A stretch of DNA of 56,821 nucleotides, from NCBI RefSeq assembly GCF_001194135.2, contig NC_068992.1:48542168-48598988 (forward strand), read 5' to 3'. Shown piece by piece: positions 34,591 through 46,102 of this stretch (within the stretch, counting starts at the first letter, position 1; each line of letters begins with the position of its first letter). The DNA comes from Octopus bimaculoides. Lineage: Eukaryota. The translations under genes were made by a program, and so were the position numbers. Under the pieces are notes generated by a model. That model ran no database searches, had not been told where the DNA came from, and was given only the letters and a program-made list of their open reading frames with translations.

Positions 34591-35927
34591 AAAATTAAAA
34601 ATATAAATAAATTAAAATTTAAAAGATAAATACATAAAAGATATAAAAGCATATAAAAATCAAGGAAAAGATAAAAATATGAGAAGATATATAAAATATA
34701 CACAGACTATACGCACACATACGTATATACACACACACACACACAGCTATGTACACATAATGTTGGATGGCCGGTGACTACACATGAGCGCTTCCGCCAT
34801 TTGAGCGTCATCAGTAACAAGAATTCGCTGACAGCCGCTTGACAAGGAAAATTGGGTCTCTACTGATATAGAAAAACAGTGATAAACAAATAAATTGTGT
34901 CGCAAGTAGCCGAATAAATATTAGATATTAGCGACGGAAGCTATTTCTCCTAATTAGAACGCTATATAACTTTCGTACATATATACATACATGTGTGTGN
35001 NNNNNNNNNNNNNNNNNNNNNNNNNNNNNNNNNNNNNNNNNNNNNNNNNNNNNNNNNNNNNNNNNNNNNNNNNNNNNNNNNNNNNNNNNNNNNNNNNNNN
35101 NNNNNNNNNNNNNNNNNNNNNNNNNNNNNNNNNNNNNNNNNNNNNNNNNNNNNNNNNNNNNNNNNNNNNNNNNNNNNNNNNNNNNNNNNNNNNNNNNNNN
35201 NNNNNNNNNNNNNNNNNNNNNNNNNNNNNNNNNNNNNNNNNNNNNNNNNNNNNNNNNNNNNNNNNNNNNNNNNNNNNNNNNNNNNNNNNNNNNNNNNNNN
35301 NNNNNNNNNNNNNNNNNNNNNNNNNNNNNNNNNNNNNNNNNNNNNNNNNNNNNNNNNNNNNNNNNNNNNNNNNNNNNNNNNNNNNNNNNNNNNNNNNNNN
35401 NNNNNNNNNNNNNNNNNNNNNNNNNNNNNNNNNNNNNNNNNNNNNNNNNNNNNNNNNNNNNNNNNNNNNNNNNNNNNNNNNNNNNNNNNNNNNNNNNNNN
35501 NNNNNNNNNNNNNNNNNNNNNNNNNNNNNNNNNNNNNNNNNNNNNNNNNNNNNNNNNNNNNNNNNNNNNNNNNNNNNNNNNNNNNNNNNNNNNNNNNNNN
35601 NNNNNNNNNNNNNNNNNATATATATATATATATATATATATGTATTACACACATATACAGGCACATATACATATCAACATATATGTGCTTCTTTTAAAGC
35701 TGAGTCCGTCTCAATTGTCACTACCCGTCACAACATATTTGCCGATATCTAAACATCTATTTATCGATGTATCTATGCACTTACCGCTGGCGTTCTTTCT
35801 CACGCCCCCAACTCTCTCCCGATATGGTCATGTCTATACATGCATAGATGCATACATTCATATCCTCCACACATATGGTTATACATACGCGCATAGCGTA
35901 GGAATTATGCATTATACCATTATACAT

Positions 35928-35991
<64 letters not shown>

Positions 35992-36589
35992 GCATATACA
36001 TACTCGAATATAATTGATATATGTATATATACGTGCACACATCCATACACACATATTTTCACACATGCATGCAGACATTTGATTTCTGTGTAATTCACAC
36101 TTTCTTCTGCCCATCTAATTCCTCTCTGTTTCGTCCCCCACTACCTCACTCCTCCTCTCTATCCCTCAGTCTCTGTCTCTGTCTTGCTCTCAGTCTCTCC
36201 CTATCTCTCTCTGTCTCTCCCTCCTTGTTTTACATTCTATGTCTTTCGATATCATCTGCCTCAATCTCCTTCTGCTCAGTTTTCTCGCCTCCATTTTATC
36301 TTTTCTTTTTCCATAGTCCGCCATTTTCATTGCCTCTCCTCTCCTCCTTATCCTCTCGTTTTCTCTCTTAAGCTTCCCTTTCATGCATGTCCAGGCATCT
36401 TCTAGCCTCAAACCTTACAACCATCACCACTACTGCCACCGCCGCCGCCGCCGCCGTTGCCTGCAGATCTATGTGCCTTTAGTTATCGCTCCATAATTGA
36501 CATTCTACCAAATATATAACACTCGTTCCCACAGATTCTTCTCCAGTTTATCTTACATTTAAAAAGACGTTTCATAACAACAGCAACTA

Positions 36590-36645
36590 CAACAACGTTA
36601 GTAACAACAACAACAACAACAACAACAACAATAATAATGGTGATG

Positions 36646-36693
<48 letters not shown>

Positions 36694-36823
36694 GTAATAG
36701 AAATAATAATGATAATAATATCACAACACTAATAATAACGCTAACGATAGCAACAATGATAATAATAACAAGAAAAAGAAGAATGGACACCGATGAATAA
36801 TTCATGATGCGATTGTACAAGAA

Positions 36824-36858
<35 letters not shown>

Positions 36859-36893
36859 AGAAGAAGAAGAAGAAGAAGAAGAAGAAGAAGAAG

Positions 36894-36927
<34 letters not shown>

Positions 36928-36995
36928 GCAGCAGCAGCAGCAGCAGCAGTAGCAACAAAGAACGGGAGGGGAAGGAAGGGAAGGAGGGGAAGAAG

Positions 36996-37033
<38 letters not shown>

Positions 37034-37061
37034 GAGGAGGAGGAGGAGGAGGAGGAGGAGG
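36590..37061 (+). repeat. Mosaic trinucleotide array (AAC)(AAT)...(AAG)(AAC)(AGC)...(AGT)(AGG)
   Basis: Directly visible. Confidence 0.95.
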
Positions 37062-37435
37062 GGTGCAACAATACGATCGGCAGCATTGACGATGAAGGTG
37101 ATAACAAGAGAGAAGTAAGAGGACAAAGGTAGGATCTAAGCTGTACTCTCTTTGTACTCGAAAGGGAGTAGAGAAACCATTGTGTTGGATTGCTAGTAAC
37201 CACACAGCAAAAGGAGGAGGAGAGAAGAGAGCCAAGAAATTCAAGGAACGTTCGTTAGAAAAAAAGAAATGGCCGACCGCAATACTTCACTGACGGCATT
37301 GAACTTCTATAATAGAGAAATATATTAAAAAAATAATAATCGCATGAAACACACACACACACACACTTATACATATATATACCTATATGTTTGCATCTGA
37401 GTATGTCTACGTATTTCTGAGTGCTTGCGCATGTA

Positions 37436-37468
<33 letters not shown>

Positions 37469-37666
37469 ATATATGCATGTATGTATATATATATATAGAT
37501 GTAGGTATGTACATATATGTATGGATATATACATATATTTATATATTATTTATATCATACATATATATATAGCGTCATACTAATATATACTTTTGTTATT
37601 TACACCACCTGTCCTCGTCTGTTGTTATTATTTGTATATTCTCCCATATATATATATATATATATA

Positions 37667-37831
37667 TGTTGTGTCGACGCCCCCAGGCGAAGAAGTAGGA
37701 TCTCCCAAGTCATATAAATAGAGGTAGTCTGGCCGTGGTAGGATTGTTGAGTAGCAGTCGAGTAGCAGTTGTGTAGCGGTCGAGTAGAGATCCTCGGAAT
37801 GTGCTAGATAGCAGTAGCTTGAGACATAACA
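37667..37831 (+). mobile_element. Possible solo LTR (165 bp)
   Basis: Starts TGTTGTGTC and ends GACATAACA, an 8/9 inverted terminal match with TG...CA ends. TATAAATA at 37713-37720 and internal 11-bp GAGTAGCAGTC-like repeats. Embedded in (TA)n; the TSD is imperfect (tata/gata). Confidence 0.5.
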
Positions 37832-37864
37832 GATAAATATATATATTTATATATATATATACAT

Positions 37865-37945
37865 GAGCAAATGTCCTCTACTATAGCCTCGGACCGACCA
37901 AAGCCTTGTTAGTGTGTTTGGTAGACGGAAACTAAAAGAAACCCG

Positions 37946-37948
<3 letters not shown>
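37865..37948 (+). mobile_element. SINE family A, middle fragment
   Basis: gagcaaatgtcctctactatagcctcggaccgaccaaagccttg...tttggtagacggaaactaaaagaaacccgtc matches ~19943-20027. Confidence 0.85.
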
Positions 37949-37981
<33 letters not shown>

Positions 37982-37985
<4 letters not shown>

Positions 37986-38168
37986 CTTTTACCTGTTTCA
38001 ATCATTTGACTGCGGTCATGTTCCAGCACCACCTTAAAGGGTTTTGGCAGAGAAAATCGACCGCAGGACTTATTCTTTCTAATCTTAGTACCTATTCTAT
38101 CGGCCCCTTTTACCGAACCACTAGGTTACGGGGACATTAGCATACTAACATCGGCTGTCATGTGATGG
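37982..38168 (-). mobile_element. SINE family A, 3' half of a diverged subfamily
   Basis: ttcttttacctgtttcaatcatttgactgcggtcatg...ggacttattcttt...tattctatcggcc..ttttaccgaaccactaggttacggg aligns with 27315-27500. Confidence 0.85.
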
Positions 38169-39042
38169 CAGTCCTCAGGCTACAACCAGAGAGACACATG
38201 GTAAAGATAAATGTTGGAGATATAGTATCTAAGGATATCAACGGAACTCGCCTAGACACCAAAATAAAGTGAGGAATAACCAACGTAAGATTTATAAGAC
38301 ATATGGGATAAACACGTTGTACAACACTGACAACATTCGGTGTAAACGCTACACCGAATGGAGAATTAGCCCAGAGATCTAGGAAAGATGGTGATGAGGT
38401 AACACTTGAAAGTTAGGTGATGGAATCCGGAACGATCTGTTAGGTCATAAATAGGTAAAAGATGCCTCTTTGATAAGACCCTGTTGCGTATAGGAACTCT
38501 GTTGCTCGTATATCTAGCACTAAGATTTACTATTAAACCAAAAATGCAGTCTATCATTTCAAATGTATGAAGACGTAGTGTAAGAACTCGACTACGGCAT
38601 ACATTAGTGAGACTGCTATGTGTTTAGCAGAGTGAATGGATGAGAACTGGCGTGATCACCATGATAAGAAGCACATATTGATACTACTCTATCAACATGC
38701 GAAAGATAAAGATAATGGCATGCTGAATAAAATAGGCTTTAAAATCCTTTTGACATATCTGTATGACTCATCGTTACGACAAATGCTGGAATTTATTCTT
38801 ATAAATGAATGGATACCGTCACTTAATAAGAATTATACGATTAAAATGTAGAACCCACACCGCCATCCCCCAATGCCTGCACGCTGTGATATTAAACACA
38901 CAACGGAGATGTGTATGTGAGATAATTTGCTCAATTTGCTTAATGTGAGTGTGCCAAATTGAAGGTGAACAGACATTAAAATTCTTATTTCTTTTGAATT
39001 GTTAGAATAAAAACGGAATGTCACTAATGTATGCATTATATA

Positions 39043-40132
39043 TTAGGTAGGAACAAAAGTGCGTGCCATTTTTAAGTAAAATTCTAGAACAATATTTATA
39101 CATTCACCGTACCTTTATTCAACTACATACGTTTTTATTCCACTACCGTTTTCCCTCCTTGAGACATCCTCATGATGTCATTCTCCGAAAACTTAGCATC
39201 TTTCTATGTCTTGAATTGATCTAAGCGATTTTTACAGTCTTCTAAAGAACTGAAGTCCTTTTACTTAAGAGAATTTTGTAGGGATCGAAATAAATGGTAA
39301 TCCGAAGGTACAACGACTGGGAATAGTAAAACACCCCAGCCAAATTTTGCCAATTTCTGCTGAGTCTACCGAAGAAAGGGGATACACTTCTAATAGGCCA
39401 GTCCTGGACGTTTTTCATCAATTACCACCTTTAATCGTTCTTCTTTCGAACAATAATTATCTCGATCAACGTGTAATTTTGCGGAAGAAGCTCGTAAAAT
39501 ACAATTTCCTTCCAATCCAAACAGATACAAAACAACACCTTCTTCGGATATTGATTGGCTCTGGGTGTAATTAAAGCTGGATTCACTCCACATTGTTGTA
39601 AGCAATCCATTTTTTATCACCTATGGTCGTTTTTTACAAAATGGGTAGTTTTGGATGCATTTGAGCAAAAGATCGCAGATAGAAATGTGATCCATTAAGT
39701 CTTTTTCTTTAAATTATAGGACACGTCAAAATTATTGTGATTCACGTATCCAAGAGTATTTAGATGCTATGTAAGGTATATATGAAGTATGCAAAGTAAT
39801 TCTAAAATGTCACGTGTCAGTTGATCTGAATAATTTCTGATTGGCATTTCAATTTGGTCATCACCAATGACTCTTGAACTGCATGAACAATCAGGGTTTT
39901 CCAGGTCAAAATTTTCACCCGTACACCGAGCGAACCCCTCATGAATAGTCCTCTGGGTGAGGCGCCAGCTCCATAAACTGTACATAACTTATCTTGGTGT
40001 TTTTCCTTTCAAGAAATAACGATCACCGAATTTCGACAATGTATCTCATTTTGCTCCATTTTCACTTTAAATGCAAAAACAATACAAATATACTATCCCT
40101 TCAGTAATCGTACAGAAAGACATGTCAAAGTA

Positions 40133-40211
<79 letters not shown>

Positions 40212-40296
40212 CGTGTGTGTGAATGATATGCTTATGACATGTGAGAAAGAAAACGTTACCAATTGGAAAACGGTACGAACTTTTGTTCGAATCCAA
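39043..40296 (-). mobile_element. Full-length decayed mariner with both TIRs and a (TG)n tract in the 5' UTR
   Basis: TIRs: ttaggtaggaacaaaagtgcgtgccatttt (39043-39072, after TA) and aaaacggtacgaacttttgttcgaatccaa (40267-40296). Minus-strand pieces: MEQNEIHCR, KLCTVYGAGA, RTIHEGFARCTGENFDLE...GDDQIEMPIRN (cf. WF.RF..GNFDLED) and YSQSL-PSDYHLFRSLQNSL (cf. YSPDLAPSDYHLF.SLQN.L). Confidence 0.9.
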
Positions 40297-41520
40297 CACA
40301 CACATACACGCACGCACACACACATACGTATGTATGTATGTATATATATATATATATGTATGGATAAAAATATACGACTGGGAATATAAGCGTATTACAA
40401 AATAGAACTCAAAACTTAGTGAACAAATAGATAAATTGGACTCAAAGCTTATGTATACATATCCATTTTTTATTATATCTCCTCGGCAGAAAGTACGAAA
40501 GTAAGTTAAGGGCCGAGCCTTTCCTGCATAGCACTTAACAAAGTATATGCATACGTATGTATGTATGTGTGTGTGTTTGTGTGTATGTATATACATGTGT
40601 ATATTTACACATGCATATATATATATTTATATACATATATATATTTTCATATATATATATACATATATATATTTATATACATATATATACATATATANNN
40701 NNNNNNNNNNNNNNNNNNNNNNNNNNNNNNNNNNNNNNNNNNNNNNNNNNNNNNNNNNNNNNNNNNNNNNNNNNNNNNNNNNNNNNNNNNNNNNNNNNNN
40801 NTATATATATTCATTCATATTTAAGCATATATATGTATATAAATATACACACATACATATAAATACATGCATGCATGCATATATATACATACACACGCAT
40901 ATATAAACATATAGATATACATATTGTACATACATATGTATATATACGATCACTGATAAACTTTAAGCTTATAAAATATTTATATATATACATATATATA
41001 TAATAGTTATCGCCAAGCCAACATGGCAGTCCCAAATTTAGAGAGACTTAGAAATATTAATAAAACATATATATATATATATATATGCATACATACATAC
41101 ATACATATATATGCACACACGCGTACACACACACAACAAAGAATTAAGTAAAAAATATAAGGGCAAAAAAAAAAAATGAACATGAATTAAAAGCAAAAAC
41201 CCGAGCGAGGAGGAGACGAGATGATCTTGTTTATTCCATCTGTGTAACAAAATATTTAATGCACACGTTCTTGCAGTGCTCCCAAAGAGGGTATCAATTT
41301 GCCGAAACCTACAGCCGGACTTATTAACTCCGTTGAATTGCAATTAGATTTAGTAAACATATAACAGACATCTCGTAGAAGTTGAGTCGCCACGAAGATT
41401 AATTCTTCTTTCTTTGCTCCGGAATCTGACACCTTCCGTCCCTACGTTCCCTCCATTTCATTTTCTCTTTGGCTTTTAGTTAGTTTTTATTTTATTTATT
41501 TTTTTAATTATTGTTGTTGT

Positions 41521-41577
<57 letters not shown>

Positions 41578-42319
41578 CACTACTACTACTACCTATTTTA
41601 TAAAAAAGCTGACTTTACTATAATGTATATACATAGCAGTATATGTATGTCCGTGTATATACATACACACGCATACATACATACATACATACATACGTAC
41701 GTACATACTGATACACACATGTATGTTTGTGTGTATGTGTATGAATATATACATACACACACACACANNNNNNNNNNNNNNNNNNNNNNNNNNNNNNNNN
41801 NNNNNNNNNNNNNNNNNNNNNNNNNNNNNNNNNNNNNNNNNNNNNNNNNNNNNNNNNNNNNNNNNNNNNNNNNNNNNNNNNNNNNNNNNNNNNNNNNNNN
41901 NNNNNTATATATATATATATATATATGCGTACGTACATATGTATTACACGAATGCACACATATACACATATATGTGTAAGTGAGTAGGGATGGGGTTAAA
42001 GAATGTTGTATATTTATAAAGATACGATTTATCAATACCCTAATCTTAAATATCAATGACACGATGGAATTGTTTCTGAAGCGACTTAAACAGCAAATAT
42101 AATCGTTAAAAAAATATGAAAAAAAAAATGAACAAGCTGATAACCTCGACTTCAAATTGATTAAAGATTTCATATTTACATAAAATACAAAATCTCGACA
42201 GTGTAAACATAATTATAGTATCGTATCATGGTGGAAACAAAACTATGTTAAACCTAAAAATACGCACGTGATCTGTGACGTCTTATCTTTTGAAAAAGAA
42301 TATTTTTTTTTATTCACCT

Positions 42320-42615
42320 CATAACCCGCTGTGTTGTTAAGACAGTGCCTTTGTCACTCCAATACGGTCCTTTCTATTCTAAGTATGCGAAGCTGGTTCT
42401 CTTCACTGATATCACCCTCCAAACTTTGAGGGTCCTGAAAAGGGGTAATGTGGATGGACTTGTTTATTCTTTTGGTCATTTAGTGAAGAACGAAGTCAGC
42501 ACCCATGTTCTTTAAGGAAGGAGGAATGCATCCCCAAACTAGAGGCCTGATCCTAAGTGGACTCCGCTAGAAGTAACTGAAGGTACCTGGGAGTGGTATT
42601 ATACCGGGCATCGTT

Positions 42616-42618
<3 letters not shown>
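42320..42618 (+). mobile_element. Possible CR1-type LINE 3' end with (AAT)n tail
   Basis: Weak similarity of VPLSLQYGPFYSKYAKL to the CR1 terminal motif, then a GC-richer UTR ending sharply at ataccgggcatcgtttt followed by (AAT)n. Confidence 0.4.
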
Positions 42619-42676
<58 letters not shown>

Positions 42677-42678
<2 letters not shown>

Positions 42679-42880
42679 GTCTTTTCTAATATAGGCACAA
42701 GGTCTGAAATGTGTGGGGAGGGCAATAGTCGATCACATCGACACGAGTACTTGACTGGTACTTAATTCATCGACCCCCGAAAGGATGAAAGGCAAAGTCA
42801 ACCGCGGTAGCATTTGAACTCGGAACACAAAAACAGACGAAATACCCGCTAAGCATTTCGCTCGGCGTGCTCGTCGCGTT
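42677..42880 (-). mobile_element. SINE family B (tail type 2) inside an (AAT)n tract
   Basis: gtcgatcacatcgac...ctggtacttaattcatcgaccccc-gaaaggatgaaaggcaaagtcaacc...tttgaactc...gaaatacccgctaagcatttcgctcggcgtgct, with (AAT)n on both sides. Confidence 0.88.
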
Positions 42881-42898
42881 AATAATAATAATAATAAC

Positions 42899-42934
<36 letters not shown>

Positions 42935-43388
42935 AATGATAAACCAGTAGCAACGGCGGGATCAAACGTTCGAACCAATCCAAAAACTGCAGTTTCGGTA
43001 AGGATGTGATAAGCTATGAGAAGTCTCTGAATAGTGTAGCTATTGGCTATTGAAGAATCTTTCTTGTTGCAAATTGTTCTGTCGAAGCATTAAAACTGAG
43101 AATGGCATTCGGCCAGTGAATGCAGTAGCTATATTGGCATCACTGGCAACAAGATAACAGTGGCATTAGGCCAGACAGGCAAATGTACTCGAGTGTGTAA
43201 CCCTAAATTTAATACCGTTCCACAAGGAATCTATAATTTATAACAGTGCTTTTGTACTTCGATTTCTACATATCTGATTGACTCTCTGTGATGTTTCGAT
43301 AAACTACACTGGAATTAAATGCTTCTGTTTCATTTTATTTTTATTGTATTTAGTTATATTATTATTTTATTTCGTTATATTATTATTA

Positions 43389-43448
<60 letters not shown>

Positions 43449-43663
43449 GCTATATTTTCTTCGTTAAATATATTTTAAATGCATTCTAGTATCAGTACCG
43501 AAATTATCTGCTGTATTATCTCTCTCTCCCGCCTCTCTCTCTCCTTCTCTCTTTGTCTCCAACTCTATCTATCTATCTGCTATTTATCCATCTATCTGCT
43601 TGTTTACTCTCTCGCTTCCTTTCTGTCTTTCTCATCCCCTCTCCCTCCCTCTTTCTCTCCCTG

Positions 43664-43714
<51 letters not shown>

Positions 43715-43900
43715 TTATCTCACTTTCTCTCACGCACTAATACATGTATTGATCTTCTATGCGTGTGCGCTTATATATTTTGATGTGTAATTCTGTATGG
43801 ATTTATCAGCATCACTTTCTATCTTTCTCTCTCTCACTTTCTCTCCCTCTCTCTCTCTCTCTCTCTTTCTCTCTGTTTATCTATCTATCTATAAATACAT

Positions 43901-43931
<31 letters not shown>

Positions 43932-44032
43932 AATGTATACATGAATATATACATAGACATGTATAAAATGCATATATGTATGTGTGTGTGTGTGTGTGTG
44001 TGTGTTTATATATGTATATATACATATACATG

Positions 44033-44074
<42 letters not shown>

Positions 44075-44454
44075 NNNNNNNNNNNNNNNNNNNNNNNNNN
44101 NNNNNNNNNNNNNNNNNNNNNNNNNNNNNNNNNNNNNNNNNNNNNNNNNNNNNNNNNNNNNNNNNNNNNNNNNNNNNNNNNNNNNNNNNNNNNNNNNNNN
44201 NNNNNNNNNNNNNNNNNNNNNNNNNNNNNNNNNNNNNNNNNNNNNNNNNNNNNNNNNNNNNNNNNNNNNNNNNNNNNNNNNNNNNNNNNNNNNNNNNNNN
44301 NNNNNNNNNNNNNNNNNNNNNNNNNNNNNNNNNNNNNNNNNNNNNNNNNNNNNNNNNNNNNNNNNNNNNNNNNNNNNNNNNNCATGCATACATACATACA
44401 TACATACATACATACATACATACATACATACATACATACATACATACATACATA

Positions 44455-45595
44455 CGAGGGTAGACTGAAAAGTTCATGCGCTGAATATGAAGGAGTGATG
44501 CTAGAGTTATGAAATGTTTATGCATAAATTTCAGTCTTTATTATTAATAACAGCATTGTTTCTTTCGAAATAGACTGATATCTGATTATTCGTAGAAGAC
44601 TTCAAAAGCAAGAAATAGTGGCTTCTCTTGGAAATGGACAAAATTTGGCGATATGGTGTTATTAGTTATTAATACCTGCAGAAATGGCTTTAGCGCCCCA
44701 AGGACATATATGCTGTCATGGTTGGTGAATTGGGGAGTGCCGCTTTAGCTATATCAATAGTGGGCAGCTAAGTTTAGGTAAGGAGAGCCTTGAAAATGAC
44801 ACCTAGTCTGGACGTTCTGTAACTGCCTCAATATAGGAAAACATTGATCACCACATGGTGATGGATGACAGGCGATTGACTATAAATGAAACAGCCAATG
44901 ATATTAACATATCCCATGAGAGAATTGAGAATATTCTGCACAATGAACTTGGCATGACGAAGGTTTCTTCTCAGTGGGTGCCTCATATTCTGACACCTGA
45001 TCAAAAGTGTACAAGGTTGATCACATCACGGGCAAATCTAACATTGTTTGAGGCAGGTCTAGCTGGTTTCCTTGAGCGTTTCCTAACTCCGGATCAGTGT
45101 TGGCTTTATGAATTTGAGCCAGAGACAAAGAGAGAATGTATGGTTCAAAGAAGGCCATGGTTGTTTCATCTGCAGCGAATTTGATGGCCCCAAGTTTTGA
45201 AGGCTGTAATTTGTTTATTGACTGTTTTCAAACGGACTACAACATAAACTGCCGAAGCAGATACGAAAACTATGAGGACGAAATGCCCAGGAAAATTGAC
45301 GTAAATGTTCTTGTTTAATCTGAACAATGCTCCAGAACGTAGGTCCTTGGTTTCAATGGTTGCAGTTTGTAACTGTGGATTGAACCGGTTGATCACCTAT
45401 TTTCTTGATTAAGCTCTTTCTGACTATGCTCTGTTCCCCAACATGAAAAAGCACTTAGTTTGGAACCAGTATCTCAGTGATGATGACTTTCTTGACCAAC
45501 TGGATGGAAGCTTGGGATCCAATCCAATCACCAATGGGATCCAAATAATGCAACTCTGAAGGAAGGAGGGTGTAGACTGCAATTATTTATGGGAT
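44455..45595 (+). mobile_element. Decayed mariner (D34D-type) with 5' TIR; 3' TIR missing
   Basis: TA-CGAGGGTAGACTGAAAAGTTCA TIR start. ORF 44855-45184 reads MVMDDRRLTINETANDINISHERIENILHNELGMTKVSSQWVPHILTPDQK...DQCWLYEFEPETKR (WVPHIL is the WVPxxL motif). Later comes DYALFPNMKKHL (cf. SDYHLFPNMKKHL). Confidence 0.92.
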
Positions 45596-45720
45596 GACCC
45601 AATATATATATATATATGTATATATANNNNNNNNNNNNNNNNNNNNNNNNNNNNNNNNNNNNNNNNNNNNNNNNNNNNNNNNNNNNNNNNNNNNTATATA
45701 TATATATATATACATGTGTT

Positions 45721-45785
<65 letters not shown>

Positions 45786-45947
45786 TATAAAGTAAATGGA
45801 TCCGTTGCTTTTAACTATGACAACTGTTCTGTCAACTGAACTAACGAATCAACAAATTAGAGTTGAACAGGTAAGTATCCCACAGACACGTTTAACATGA
45901 AGGCTCAACCATTCTGATACCGTGTATTTACAGTTACATCAAACGGA

Positions 45948-46102
45948 CAGCTTCTACACCGTTTCCGTCTACCCAATTTTCCACACGAGATTCTAATCAA
46001 CTGAAGTTTATGGTAAAAGCCACGTAAAATCACATGGCCACGGAGTGAAATCGAACCCTTGATCTCCTAATTCTGAAGTAAACTTCCTAACTACTCGGCT
46101 GC
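45948..46102 (-). mobile_element. Old SINE family A, 5' half
   Basis: cagcttctacaccgtttccgtctacc...ggagtgaaatcgaaccc...cttcctaactactcggct follows family A head order. Confidence 0.65.

Noticed and set aside
34783-34820. Minus-strand CTGATGA-cgc-tcaaatg-gcg-GAAGCGCT hammerhead-like motif
   Set aside because: The essential A15.1-U16.1 pair is replaced by G-C and helix I does not pair; better explained as a YY1/ETS-like motif or chance.
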